Of a DNA stretch of 63,067 nt, positions 45,156 through 54,865 are shown in pieces; the stretch's first letter is position 1; each line of letters starts with the position of its first letter. Origin of the DNA: Candidatus Woesearchaeota archaeon. GTDB lineage: Archaea > Nanobdellota > Nanobdellia > Pacearchaeales > GW2011-AR1. The translations under genes and the position numbers were made by a program. The stretch covers positions 24,848-87,914 of the forward strand of contig CAZYIS010000003.1 of the NCBI GenBank assembly GCA_964647695.1. The letters run 5' to 3'. The notes under the pieces were generated by a model. The model was not told where the DNA came from and ran no database searches. It worked only from the letters and a program-made list of their open reading frames with translations.

Positions 45156-46028
45156 TTAGCCAATGCTATAGGCTAAATATATTGCAGAGATTATTGCTAT
45201 GACTAACCCAACTATCTGATGTTTCTTTAGCTTTTCTTTGTTAACATAAACTCCCAATAGCACGGCTAGAATTATATAACTTTCAGAAAATGAAGTGGCA
45301 ATGGATATGGGTATCAAAGCCATGGACATAGAATAGAAAGTCCAGGCAATATTATCAAATATGCACATGGAAAGAACCATTTTCTTATTTTTCATAAATT
45401 CTTTTTTCAATAATCTGAATTCTTTTCTCTTTAGTATTATTATAAGTGATAGAATAACAAGAACACAATCAAAAAACCACTTGGCAAACAATGGATCCGT
45501 CTCTCTAGCCATCCAACCCATGAAGAAATTAGCCGTGCCCATCATGGAAGCCGATAGAATTCCAATGAAAACTCCTCTTTCAAAGAAAAACTTCTTGAAA
45601 ACATCAGGATTTCTTAGAGAAACCAAAATTAAACCTATGAACAGAGATAAAATGGAAACCAACTGATTACTTTCCAAAACTTCTCCCAGAACTATGAATG
45701 ATAACAAAGACGCAAATACAATCTCCAGAGACCACAAGGGTTCAATCACCGAAAGCTTTCCCACCTTCAGTGCTTCAAAATCCAACACTGCTGCTAAAAA
45801 TAATATGGCACTTCCAAAAAACAATAAAAAGAAATTAAAATAGGAATCAAACATGAAATGCATATCTTGGTAAACAAAAGGAATCAAAGATATGGCTCCT
45901 GCGAGAGTTATGAAAAACAAAGAACTCATATCCCCTATTTTTCTAACACTTTTTTGAATAAAGAAATCTCCAAATCCCCAGCCCAGCATGGCAATTACCG
46001 CAAATAAAATTCCTAATGTTTGACCCAT
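45156..46028 (-). CDS. EamA/DMT-superfamily transporter
   Basis: About 10 hydrophobic helices arranged as two similar halves. 290 aa. Confidence 0.7.
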   Translation of the reverse strand: MGQTLGILFAVIAMLGWGFGDFFIQKSVRKIGDMSSLFFITLAGAISLIPFVYQDMHFMFDSYFNFFLLFFGSAILFLAAVLDFEALKVGKLSVIEPLWSLEIVFASLLSFIVLGEVLESNQLVSILSLFIGLILVSLRNPDVFKKFFFERGVFIGILSASMMGTANFFMGWMARETDPLFAKWFFDCVLVILSLIIILKRKEFRLLKKEFMKNKKMVLSMCIFDNIAWTFYSMSMALIPISIATSFSESYIILAVLLGVYVNKEKLKKHQIVGLVIAIISAIYLAYSIG

Positions 46029-46043
46029 CTTTTTATTTAAACA

Positions 46044-46119
46044 TAGCGAGGGTGGGATTTGAACCGCACGACCTCCAGGTTATGGGCCTGGCGAGCACTC
46101 CAGGCTGCTCTACCTCGCT
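46044..46119 (-). tRNA. tRNA-Met (anticodon CAU), initiator-like A1:U72
   Basis: The reverse complement folds as AGCGAGG-TA-GAGC-AGCCTGGAGT-GCTC-G-CCAGG-CCCATAA-CCTGG-AGGTC-GTG(C)GG-TTCAAAT-CCCAC-CCTCGCT-A. CAT is at positions 34-36 and there is no encoded CCA. The T stem needs one bulged C, and position 33 reads C. Confidence 0.8.
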
Positions 46120-46171
46120 ATGAAACTAACAAAGGCGAAGGACTTTTAAACCTTCTTATCCTCGTTAAAAC

Positions 46172-46765
46172 ATGAAGGCCCAAACCAAGAAAGAATTGAG
46201 TATTTTCAGACATATTCCTAATCTTCTTACCATTAGTAGAATAATTTTGACCTTTGTGGTAGTCTATTTCATATTTACCCGAAAACATATTTACACCATA
46301 GTTGCCGTTTTTGCAATAGCTGCACTTACCGATTTCTTTGATGGTTATTTATCTAGAAAATTTTCATGGCAATCCGAATTTGGAAGACAAGCAGATATGA
46401 TTGCTGATCGTTTTCTTTGGATAGGAACTGCACTGGCTTTCTTTGTGTCCTATGGAATATTTGAGAAATTAGATTGGGAACATGGACTCCAATTACTATT
46501 CATAATGTCTAGAGAAATAATATCCGCACCTTTTGCCCTAATTTCATTCTTCGCAGGAAAACCAATTCCCCACGCAAGAAATATAGCAAAATGGACCACA
46601 TTCCTACAAGGTTTTGCAATTCCAGCACTGATTCTTAGCACAATTTATCCTGTCTGGAGCTATTTATCCTGGCCTCTTTCACTGGTAATTGCCGTAACCG
46701 GATTCATTTCAGCCATGCATTACATGAATGACATTAGCGTACCAACTAATAAGAAAAAGAATTAA
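46172..46765 (+). CDS. CDP-alcohol phosphatidyltransferase
   Basis: Signature D-x2-DG-x2-(A/S)R...G-x3-D-x3-D in DFFDGYLSRKFSWQSEFGRQADMIADR. Multi-pass membrane protein. 197 aa. Confidence 0.85.
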   Translation: MKAQTKKELSIFRHIPNLLTISRIILTFVVVYFIFTRKHIYTIVAVFAIAALTDFFDGYLSRKFSWQSEFGRQADMIADRFLWIGTALAFFVSYGIFEKLDWEHGLQLLFIMSREIISAPFALISFFAGKPIPHARNIAKWTTFLQGFAIPALILSTIYPVWSYLSWPLSLVIAVTGFISAMHYMNDISVPTNKKKN

Positions 46766-47202
46766 TTCTTAGCTAACAATCTAGAAAAAGCATTTAAAAT
46801 TAATCCAGCATCATAACTTACATTGCGAGATTTAAAGATTACATTGCTCGGATCAAATATGCTCAATGCTTTTTCCTGAGGAGCAGCACCCGTATAGATA
46901 ACCACTGGGAGATTAGGCAATCTTTCTTTTAATTCCATCATATTTGCAATGGCACCTCTATAGGAATAACTTCGTCCGAGATCCACATAGGGAAAATGAG
47001 TTAACAGCGCATCAAATTTTCCTTTTTCTCTTGCTAATTTATCCACAATTTGCATATCAAAATCAAAAGCTCTATGAACTTCGAATCTAGATCTCAGATG
47101 ACTCATCAATTCGGCCCTGACCGGTTCAACTCGCTCCATCATTTCAAGACCTCCAGAGCCACCATAATACTTATCCACATAGAGTAGCTTTTCCATAAGC
47201 AA
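46762..47202 (-). CDS. hypothetical protein (possible degenerate receiver-like fold)
   Basis: 146 aa. KLLYVDK ... FDALLTHFPY ... PVVIYTGA ... VIFKS loosely follows the receiver beta1/3/4/5 pattern but lacks a clear phospho-acceptor Asp. Confidence 0.4.
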   Translation of the reverse strand: MLMEKLLYVDKYYGGSGGLEMMERVEPVRAELMSHLRSRFEVHRAFDFDMQIVDKLAREKGKFDALLTHFPYVDLGRSYSYRGAIANMMELKERLPNLPVVIYTGAAPQEKALSIFDPSNVIFKSRNVSYDAGLILNAFSRLLAKN

Positions 47203-47252
47203 TAAAACTAGTTTAGATTTAAAGTCCTATGCTATATACAATATATAGTACA

Positions 47253-48299
47253 TTATTCAAACTTTCTAATTCCATGGGCCACACTTTCTCTATAGCCTGC
47301 AGCACTAATTTCAATGAAATCTGCTTTGCCCCTTATTCTATCAATTTGATTTGCTCCCAGATAGGTCATTCCCGATGCAAGACCTCCAAGGAATTTTTCA
47401 ACTATGGGTTTAACACTTCCCTTAAACTCAACAAATGTTTTTTCTCCCTCCACACTTATGACTTCCTCTTCCTTCTTTCCTTCAAGATTTAATTTCTTCA
47501 ATGTAGCATCGTAACTTGCCATGCCCATATATTGTTTGAATTTTTTATCTCCCTTTTCAATTATCTCTCCTGGAGTTTCAGTGGTCCCTGAAAAAACATT
47601 ACCCATCATTACCGTATCTGCTCCAGCACCAATTGCTTTAACCACATCTCCTGGATATCTAATACCTCCATCGGCACAAATAGGAATTCTTCCTTGAGTA
47701 GCTTCATAGGCATCCATTATTGCCGTAACCTGAGGAACTCCGGCTCCAGCCATTATTCTTGTGGTACACATGCTTCCAGGACCGATACCTACTTTTATTG
47801 CATCTGCTCCTTTAGAAAAGAAATATTCTGCTGCATCTTTAGTAGCAATATTTCCCACCATGACATCAATTTGAGGATAATTTTGTTTTATCCAATCCAA
47901 AGTTTTGCCAGCATACTTAGAATGTCCATGGGCTATGTCCAATACTATAATATTTACTCCCGCTCCAACCAATGCCAGAACTCTCAGTTCAAAATCTTTT
48001 ATTCCTATGGCTGCGGCGGCAATTAATCCTACCTCTTTTACTTTTCTTACTTCTTTTGTCTGCTCGGGAATAGTTAGAAATCTATGAATTACTCCTAAAC
48101 CTCCAAGTCTTCCAATGGCTATGGCCATTTCACTTTCACAAACCGTATCCATGTTAGCAGCCACAAAGGGAATATCGATATAATAATTTCTAGTTACTTT
48201 AGTTTTGAACATAACCTCTTTTCTAGATCTAATTTTATTATATTTAGGAATAATCAGAATGTCATCATAGGAATAACCTCGCCCAATGATTCTCGCCAT
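47253..48299 (-). CDS. IMP dehydrogenase/GMP reductase-family enzyme lacking the CBS subdomain
   Basis: Catalytic loop [35 protein letters not shown]-terminal YDDILIIP. 348 aa, so there is no room for a CBS pair. Confidence 0.85.
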   Translation of the reverse strand: MARIIGRGYSYDDILIIPKYNKIRSRKEVMFKTKVTRNYYIDIPFVAANMDTVCESEMAIAIGRLGGLGVIHRFLTIPEQTKEVRKVKEVGLIAAAAIGIKDFELRVLALVGAGVNIIVLDIAHGHSKYAGKTLDWIKQNYPQIDVMVGNIATKDAAEYFFSKGADAIKVGIGPGSMCTTRIMAGAGVPQVTAIMDAYEATQGRIPICADGGIRYPGDVVKAIGAGADTVMMGNVFSGTTETPGEIIEKGDKKFKQYMGMASYDATLKKLNLEGKKEEEVISVEGEKTFVEFKGSVKPIVEKFLGGLASGMTYLGANQIDRIRGKADFIEISAAGYRESVAHGIRKFE

Positions 48300-48367
48300 T
48301 TTTCTCTTTGACCCTATTTAGTTGCTTAATTTTAGCTTAAATACATTGTGTCAAATTAAAATATGTT

Positions 48368-48511
48368 TTAATTATTATCTAAAACTTCAATCCTCAGCTC
48401 AACTATAGTTCCTGGTTTCAAACTCTGCTCAATTATCTTAGGTATGACTATAATTGCTTGATTGCCATGTTTGGCTATTCTTTTTGTTAGTGTGTAGGTT
48501 TTATTTTCCAT
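48368..48511 (-). CDS. 47-aa AbrB/SpoVT-like small protein
   Basis: MENKTYTLTKRIAKHGNQAIIVIPKIIEQSLKPGTIVELRIEVLDNN is paralogous to the ORF at 14130-14306. I use the ATG at 48511, 1 nt after the upstream stop, rather than the longer track ORF. Confidence 0.55.
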   Translation of the reverse strand: MENKTYTLTKRIAKHGNQAIIVIPKIIEQSLKPGTIVELRIEVLDNN

Positions 48512-48512
48512 T

Positions 48513-49076
48513 TTATTGCTTTGCAAGTTTATTATATAAATCATCAGCCTCATAAATTTCATTCCTCTTTAGAACACGTTTTAACACTGATCTAAACAAT
48601 CTCAATTCAGTTTTAGATAATTTTTCTATATTTTCTTCTTGTCCATACGTATTTTTGATTAGTCCATTGAAAATTTTATAATTGCTTACATTTTTTCTAA
48701 CTAAACTATTTGCTAAACTTAAAGCAGCACTAGCTATTGAATTAAATGTTGCTCTTTGATTTTTCTTTCTTTCCGCAGAATTAACATTTGTTGAGCAATG
48801 AGCTTGACCCTTGCCCACTGGACCAATAAAGTAATCTCCCCTAAAAAATCTTTCAATACCTTCTTTATCTAAAGCATGAAAATGGTAAGATCTTGTAGCA
48901 TAATCAAAAGCCGTACCTCCCCATTCATTTCCTTGATATCTACGAATACTTTCTCTTCCAACTAGTATATTTGATTTTTTTGTCAATAATCTATCAACAA
49001 TATAATCTAATCTAAATTGTCCATGCCCCTCATTTGCTTCTTTTTTTTGATTTGTCATATTAACATGGAGCCCCAT
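48513..49076 (-). CDS. hypothetical protein
   Basis: 187 aa, the middle gene of a three-gene minus-strand unit. Confidence 0.55.
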   Translation of the reverse strand: MGLHVNMTNQKKEANEGHGQFRLDYIVDRLLTKKSNILVGRESIRRYQGNEWGGTAFDYATRSYHFHALDKEGIERFFRGDYFIGPVGKGQAHCSTNVNSAERKKNQRATFNSIASAALSLANSLVRKNVSNYKIFNGLIKNTYGQEENIEKLSKTELRLFRSVLKRVLKRNEIYEADDLYNKLAKQ

Positions 49077-49542
49077 CCATACTTCTATCCCTAAAATTGT
49101 TATAATCGTAAGTTAATTTAGTCATATCAATTTTTTTACTTCCTTTTAACTTAGCTTCAAGATTACTTAGAAAGTCTTTTTTTGCATCATCAGACATATT
49201 ACCAACAGAAATACTCGCATAATTTGGATGAAAAAAGTCAAAGCCCCAACCATTAACTAATTGATAATTTTTTACACCCTTCATTTCTTTAGCAAATTTA
49301 GTTGTTTCTTCTTCAATCATCTTTACGTAACTCTCTCTAATATAATCTGCATTTGATCTTCCCCGAGTGCAGGGTAGACCATGATGACCTCCAGCCCTAA
49401 ATTCTCCATCAATTATCAAACCAAAAAAATATTCATTACATCTTTGCTCATGTGAACCATTCCAAGGTAATGTTTCGCCTTGGTGACCTAGTCTTATTTC
49501 TACAATTTTGTCTTTGTTTGTTTTTTGTTTTTTGTTTATCAT
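49060..49542 (-). CDS. hypothetical protein
   Basis: 160 aa, the first gene of the three-gene unit. It overlaps the next gene by 17 nt. Confidence 0.55.
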   Translation of the reverse strand: MINKKQKTNKDKIVEIRLGHQGETLPWNGSHEQRCNEYFFGLIIDGEFRAGGHHGLPCTRGRSNADYIRESYVKMIEEETTKFAKEMKGVKNYQLVNGWGFDFFHPNYASISVGNMSDDAKKDFLSNLEAKLKGSKKIDMTKLTYDYNNFRDRSMDGAPC

Positions 49543-49643
49543 TTTGTTTGTTTAAACAGCTCTTATGTTGCTGTTCTATGAAAATTATGTATTTCGACTG
49601 TATTTAGATATAATCTCCCCCTTAGGATGGGATAATAACAAGA

Positions 49644-49651
49644 TTTAAATA
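49644..49651 (+). promoter_or_regulatory. TATA-box-like element for the TrmB-family gene at 49673
   Basis: tttaaata ends 22 nt upstream of the ATG, which implies a leaderless transcript. Confidence 0.4.
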
Positions 49652-49672
49652 ACTCCCTAACTTAAGATATTA

Positions 49673-50431
49673 ATGCAAGAAATACTTGAAAACCTAGGTT
49701 TAACCAAATCCGAAGCCAAGGTTTACTTTGCCCTATTCGATCTAAAGAATACCACCATAGGGCCATTGGCCAAAAAATCCGAAGTATCCTATTCCAAGAT
49801 TCAAATCCTTCTGGATAAACTAATAGAAAAAGGACTTGCCAGTTATATCATCAAAAACAAGGTAAAATATTTCTCACCCACTAATCCCATTAAAATATTT
49901 GATTATCTTGAAAGAAAGAAAGAAGAAATTAAGCAACAAGAACTGCAGGCAAAAACTTTGATAGAAAGTTTAGCTAAAAAGATGGGATCTCCCCAGGAAG
50001 AAAAGGTTGAAATCCTAGAAGACTATGAAGGTCTAAAATCAGCCTATGATGATGGACTTAATTTACTAAAAAAAGGAGATGAAGTGTTGGTTCTTGGGGC
50101 AAGTCTAGGAATTTACACCGATAGTGTGAAATATAAGAGATTCTTTGAAAGAGTTAACCTCCTTAGACAAGAAAAAGGAGTGAAATATAAAATAATATAC
50201 AATGAGAATCTAAGAGATCAGGAAGGAGTAAAGTTTTGGAAAAAACAGAAGAACACGGAAATAAGATTTTTAATGCAGAACACTCCAGCAAGCATTAACA
50301 TCCACGCCAATAGAACTATGATAATCTATTGGTCTAAGGACATTCCCAAGGTTTTTCTTATGACCAGCGAAGTGGTTACCGATTCATTTAGAAAATACTT
50401 TGATGAACTTTGGAAAATAGCTAAAAAATAA
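49673..50431 (+). CDS. TrmB-family transcriptional regulator
   Basis: LGLTKSEAKVYFALFDLKNTTIGPLAKKSEVSYSKIQILLDKLIEKGL is a TrmB-type wHTH. 252 aa. It is a paralog of 61734-62492. Confidence 0.8.
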   Translation: MQEILENLGLTKSEAKVYFALFDLKNTTIGPLAKKSEVSYSKIQILLDKLIEKGLASYIIKNKVKYFSPTNPIKIFDYLERKKEEIKQQELQAKTLIESLAKKMGSPQEEKVEILEDYEGLKSAYDDGLNLLKKGDEVLVLGASLGIYTDSVKYKRFFERVNLLRQEKGVKYKIIYNENLRDQEGVKFWKKQKNTEIRFLMQNTPASINIHANRTMIIYWSKDIPKVFLMTSEVVTDSFRKYFDELWKIAKK

Positions 50432-50519
50432 TTAAATCAAAAGCCTTAAAAACCATCATGCCTTTAACCTATTGTAATAAATAACAGGAAAAAGTAATTT
50501 TTTCTATAATTAACGAAAG

Positions 50520-52166
50520 ATGAACAAGAATTTCAAAAAAAAGTCATTTAGCAGAGGAAACGATAGACCAAAGTTCGGAGGAGCACCTAAACCTAGTTCT
50601 TTTGCCAAATTCATTTCCTACGATAAATCTACCATAGATCAAATTTCTACTGCCAATGAAGGATCTAACCTAGAATTAACCGGAACCATAGATCAAATAA
50701 CCCAAACCGGGGGACCAACCATATTCACTCTTACCGATGGAACCGGAAGTTTAGCACTAAAAGCATTCGATGGAGCAGGAGTTAGAGCCTATCCTGAATT
50801 GAACATTGGAGATGCAGTCGAAGTTCAAGTAACCATCCAAGATTACCAAGGCGAACTAGAAGGAGAACTACAAAAAGTAAAGAGACTAGATGCAACTCAA
50901 AAAGAATATATGCTAAAGAAGATTGCCGAATTGCAGCGTGAAAAAGCAAAGGTTCCAGAAATGGACTTTTTAGTTAGTGATCCTATATTGAATAAATTAA
51001 AAGATAGATTCATCAAAGCAGCCACGGAAATTAGACTTGCAATTATACAAAATAGACCTATAGTAATTAGACATCACAATGATGCTGACGGTTATTCATC
51101 TGGTTATTCTCTAGAAAGAGCAATCCTTCCTCTTGTTTCAAAGCAACATAGTTCCATAAAGGCCGCCTGGGAATTTTACACTCGATCACCTATCGCTGCC
51201 CCAATGTATGAACTAGAAGATTCCATTAGAGATTCATCTAAATCTCTTTCCAATGCGGCAAAATTCTCAAATAAAATGCCCCTTGTACTTATTGTAGACA
51301 CTGGATCTGGCGAAAAAGATCTTCTAGGAATTCAACAAGGCCGAGTTCACGGAATTGATTTCATAGTTGTAGATCATCATGGATTTGATAAAGACCTAAT
51401 CTCTGCCGAAACTCTTGTTCATATAAATCCATTTCTAGTAAATGAAACCGGAGATAAATTCTCAGCCGGAATGCTTTGTACTGAATTGGCTAGATTCATT
51501 AATCAGGATCCTAATCTTAACATAACTCAAATTCCAGCCATGGCCGGAATAGCCGACAGAACTGAAAATCCGGAAACCATGAAAGCATACCTTAAACTAG
51601 CCGAAACCAAAGGTTACACCAAATCAATGCTAGGGGACATTGCCGGAGTTATTGATTTCATATCTGCAAAATTAAGATTCATGGAAGCTCGTGAATATAT
51701 CGAAGTTCTTTTCGGAGAACCTATGAAGAAACAAAAAGCTCTTGTGGAATTATTATCACCTTATATTAAGAAACTAGATGAAAAAGGTCTTGAAATTGCA
51801 AAATCCGCTTCAAAGATTGAAAAAGTAAAAGATCATTCTCTTCAAATACTTCCTATTGAAACAACCTTTGCTCGTGGTTTCTACCCTAAACCAGGAAGAT
51901 GTATTTCATTATTACATGATTATCAACTTGAACAAAAGAAAATGAACAAATTAATTAGCATTGGTCTAATGAATGACGCCATCACCATAAGAGTTTCAGA
52001 AGATTCCCCATTCTCAGTAAATGAATTTGTAGACTTCCTAGAAACTGAACTAAGTGAATCATTCCCTGAAGGCGGAGGCCACAAACACGCAGGTTCCATT
52101 AGATTCCTACCAAGTAAGCAAGCAGATGTATTGAATGTTCTAAGAGATTATATAAAGAAATTATAA
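50520..52166 (+). CDS. RecJ-like DHH/DHHA1 phosphoesterase with N-terminal OB-fold
   Basis: OB-fold-like N-terminus (GPTIFTLTDGTGSLALKAF...VEVQVTIQDYQGELE). DHH motifs HHNDADG, IVDTGSG, VVDHHG. DHHA1 motif EGGGHKHAGS. 548 aa. Confidence 0.75.
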   Translation: MNKNFKKKSFSRGNDRPKFGGAPKPSSFAKFISYDKSTIDQISTANEGSNLELTGTIDQITQTGGPTIFTLTDGTGSLALKAFDGAGVRAYPELNIGDAVEVQVTIQDYQGELEGELQKVKRLDATQKEYMLKKIAELQREKAKVPEMDFLVSDPILNKLKDRFIKAATEIRLAIIQNRPIVIRHHNDADGYSSGYSLERAILPLVSKQHSSIKAAWEFYTRSPIAAPMYELEDSIRDSSKSLSNAAKFSNKMPLVLIVDTGSGEKDLLGIQQGRVHGIDFIVVDHHGFDKDLISAETLVHINPFLVNETGDKFSAGMLCTELARFINQDPNLNITQIPAMAGIADRTENPETMKAYLKLAETKGYTKSMLGDIAGVIDFISAKLRFMEAREYIEVLFGEPMKKQKALVELLSPYIKKLDEKGLEIAKSASKIEKVKDHSLQILPIETTFARGFYPKPGRCISLLHDYQLEQKKMNKLISIGLMNDAITIRVSEDSPFSVNEFVDFLETELSESFPEGGGHKHAGSIRFLPSKQADVLNVLRDYIKKL

Positions 52167-52169
52167 AAA

Positions 52170-52778
52170 TTATATTTTATTAATTTTATTATTTCTAATA
52201 ACTATTGCTTCTGTATCTTTTATTCTTGCAACTTTAACATCTTTTAATTTTTCAAATTCATCAACTTCTCTTTTCAATTTATTATTGTAATGTGGAAAAA
52301 CAGATACATCAGTAAAACCTAATCCAGTTAAATCTCTTAAATCTATTTCATTAACATCTCCTTCACTTCCCCAACCAGCAATAGAAATTTCATCTCCTGC
52401 AATAATACTACCTGCACTAACTCCAATATACAATCCACCAGATTTAACATATTTTTTGAGAGAATCTACTAAACCTGTTTTTCTCATTCGATCTAATATA
52501 AAATAAGTATTACCTCCACAAATATAAACTGCATCATATTCTAGTAGTTTGGGATAAGAATTCTTTTTTGCAATATTTAAGTAATCAATATTCGGTAAAA
52601 GTATCCCCGTCCTTGATATTTCTTTACCAGTAATATCTATGTAAGTCATATGTTCTGGTTTTTGTGCTGTGTGAACTACAAGAATCTTACTTTCTTCTAC
52701 TTTTCTTTCTAACATTTCTACAAAAGTCTTTCCAAGTTTCTTAGATGTTAAACCACTTGATGTCAATAGTAATTTCAT
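52170..52778 (-). CDS. peptidase S51 (dipeptidase E-like)
   Basis: ICGGNTYFILDRM and GVSAGSIIAG (Ser nucleophile context). 202 aa. Confidence 0.7.
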   Translation of the reverse strand: MKLLLTSSGLTSKKLGKTFVEMLERKVEESKILVVHTAQKPEHMTYIDITGKEISRTGILLPNIDYLNIAKKNSYPKLLEYDAVYICGGNTYFILDRMRKTGLVDSLKKYVKSGGLYIGVSAGSIIAGDEISIAGWGSEGDVNEIDLRDLTGLGFTDVSVFPHYNNKLKREVDEFEKLKDVKVARIKDTEAIVIRNNKINKI

Positions 52779-52826
52779 ATATAAGAATTAATGAATTTCT
52801 ACTTAAAAACTTTTAGTTTTAAAAAA

Positions 52827-53465
52827 TTATCTGAAATCAAAAAGCTTTTCTTTAGCAAATCTAACTTTCTTTGCAGAAGCATACTTATCTTCCTTTGCTC
52901 TATAGCCCAAAGCACAAAATGCCACAGAACCATATTCAGTATCCGTTAGATTAAGAATTTCATCAACCTTCTTTGCATCAAATCCTTCCATTGGACAAGC
53001 ATCAATCTTCTTTGAAGCAGCAGATAATAATACAAATCCTAGAGTAATGTAGGCTTGTCTCTTATTCCATTCATGAATTTGTTCCTTATTTCTTGATTTT
53101 ACTGATCTCAGCAACATATCATGTAATCCCTTAAGACTTTCCACCGAAACTCCTCTTGTGTTAGCAACTTCAGCCACAAAATCATTAATATATTCTACAC
53201 TCAAATCTTTTCTTGCACAAAGCACAATTAAATTAGAAGCATCCGTTACCTGCGATTGACCCCAAGCAGCATTCTTTATTGATTCTCTCAGCTTCATATC
53301 CTTAACCACCACAAACTTGTAGGGTTGTAGTCCAAATGAAGAGGGTGCTAATCTAAGACTTTCAAGCAATTCATCAAAATCCTTTGCAGGGATCTTCTTT
53401 TTTGCATCGAATGACTTGGTTGCATATCTCCAGTTTAACACTTCTTTTAAGTTTTCCATAATCAA
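52827..53465 (-). CDS. NAD(P)H nitroreductase-family flavoprotein
   Basis: RYATKSFD...LESLRLAPSSFGLQPYKFVVV plus C-terminal ...CPMEGF. 212 aa. Confidence 0.85.
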   Translation of the reverse strand: MIMENLKEVLNWRYATKSFDAKKKIPAKDFDELLESLRLAPSSFGLQPYKFVVVKDMKLRESIKNAAWGQSQVTDASNLIVLCARKDLSVEYINDFVAEVANTRGVSVESLKGLHDMLLRSVKSRNKEQIHEWNKRQAYITLGFVLLSAASKKIDACPMEGFDAKKVDEILNLTDTEYGSVAFCALGYRAKEDKYASAKKVRFAKEKLFDFR

Positions 53466-53515
53466 TAGTTAATATTAATCCTTTTAAACATTATGCATCT
53501 AAATTCTAGAAGATT

Positions 53516-54865
53516 CTATTTACCGACGCTATTTAGTCTAAAACAAGCTTCGCATATTTTCTTAGGACCAAACATTTTGAGTTTCTTATTATCAAACCAA
53601 CCATTACATTTGCAACAATTTCTTCCACAATTATTACATATTACCTTATTACTCATTTTTTCCAGAGAAGAATGATTAGTGCAAACTGATTTATAACAAA
53701 CACTACATTGCTTATCACACTTCCTACATATTTTATTTCTGCAGATATTACATTCTTTCTTTGTACAGGCCTTGCAAATAATCAATGAACATTCATTGCA
53801 TCTATCCTTAGGACAATTATTACAGGATATGTGCCCCGAACTGCAAAGATGCATTTCCGAAAGAGGCATTTTACAAGAATCACAATGTATGGTTGAAAAC
53901 TTATTATGGAATGGATCAAAGGAGATCTCTATGGCCCTCATGGACTTTTTATTCTTCAGATGAATATTAAATTTATAGTTGGGATAATAAAGGATGGTGC
54001 TATTAACAAGTTTAGTGCTAAGATTAAGAGAATGCTTATTTATTTCATCCTGAATAAAGAAGTTCTTTTCCATTTCCTTAACCTTGTCCATTAGTTTTTC
54101 TTTTAGTTGTTTTATTTCATTTTCTATTCTCTCTAGCTTTTTAGAATCGCTTTCCTTGGTTGCTTCCACCATCTGATTTTCCAATTTCTTCAGCTTTTCA
54201 TTAATTTCCTCATCCTGTCTACCATAGTGATTGTTTATTCTTTCCAATTCCTTATCCAATTTTTCCGAAAGGGTTTTGGATAACTTCTCTATACTCGGCT
54301 TTAGCTTATGTTTTATAGAATTCTTAGCCAAAGTATAACTAGAATTAACATCCTTATAATTAATTTCTTTAGGATCTCCATCCATTAATCTTAAACCATT
54401 CAAATCAATATCCAATATATCATCACCCTTAACATAGATATCATTCAAGACCTGCTCTTTATCGTTTAGATATTGAAAGTCTGTAGCAAACGTAAATCTA
54501 TTGATATAATCCATTATTTCCTTCTTTTCCTGGCTATAGATTTCCCCTTCCTTTAGCACAATGGGAATTTTCAGATTTTCTATGTTTTTAGAAAAATCTA
54601 TTTTTAGAATAGTGGTCTGCCCCTTATTTTTTATGTAATCATTCATTGACTTAATCAAAAAACTACCTTTAGTCAATAATTCCACATCGCTTCTTCCCGT
54701 ATCAATGACTGAAAAAAGATAATCTCCCTGTTTACCCAATGAATCCTGGATATTTTTAGGAACATTCATAACTTTCATCAAATCTCCTTCATAATCTACC
54801 TTTGCCCCTACACTAACAAAAAAATCCTCCATGAAACCAAAAATATCATTATCAATTTCACTCAT
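53516..54865 (-). CDS. coiled-coil protein with a very Cys-rich (multi-CxxC) C-terminal domain
   Basis: 449 aa. The central region is K/E-rich and heptad-like. The last roughly 120 aa carries about two dozen Cys, mostly as CxxC pairs (HCDSC...CNNC...CNEC...CKAC...CNIC...CRKC...CSVC...CNNC...CEAC). It overlaps the SNF2 gene by 8 nt. Confidence 0.65.
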   Translation of the reverse strand: MSEIDNDIFGFMEDFFVSVGAKVDYEGDLMKVMNVPKNIQDSLGKQGDYLFSVIDTGRSDVELLTKGSFLIKSMNDYIKNKGQTTILKIDFSKNIENLKIPIVLKEGEIYSQEKKEIMDYINRFTFATDFQYLNDKEQVLNDIYVKGDDILDIDLNGLRLMDGDPKEINYKDVNSSYTLAKNSIKHKLKPSIEKLSKTLSEKLDKELERINNHYGRQDEEINEKLKKLENQMVEATKESDSKKLERIENEIKQLKEKLMDKVKEMEKNFFIQDEINKHSLNLSTKLVNSTILYYPNYKFNIHLKNKKSMRAIEISFDPFHNKFSTIHCDSCKMPLSEMHLCSSGHISCNNCPKDRCNECSLIICKACTKKECNICRNKICRKCDKQCSVCYKSVCTNHSSLEKMSNKVICNNCGRNCCKCNGWFDNKKLKMFGPKKICEACFRLNSVGK

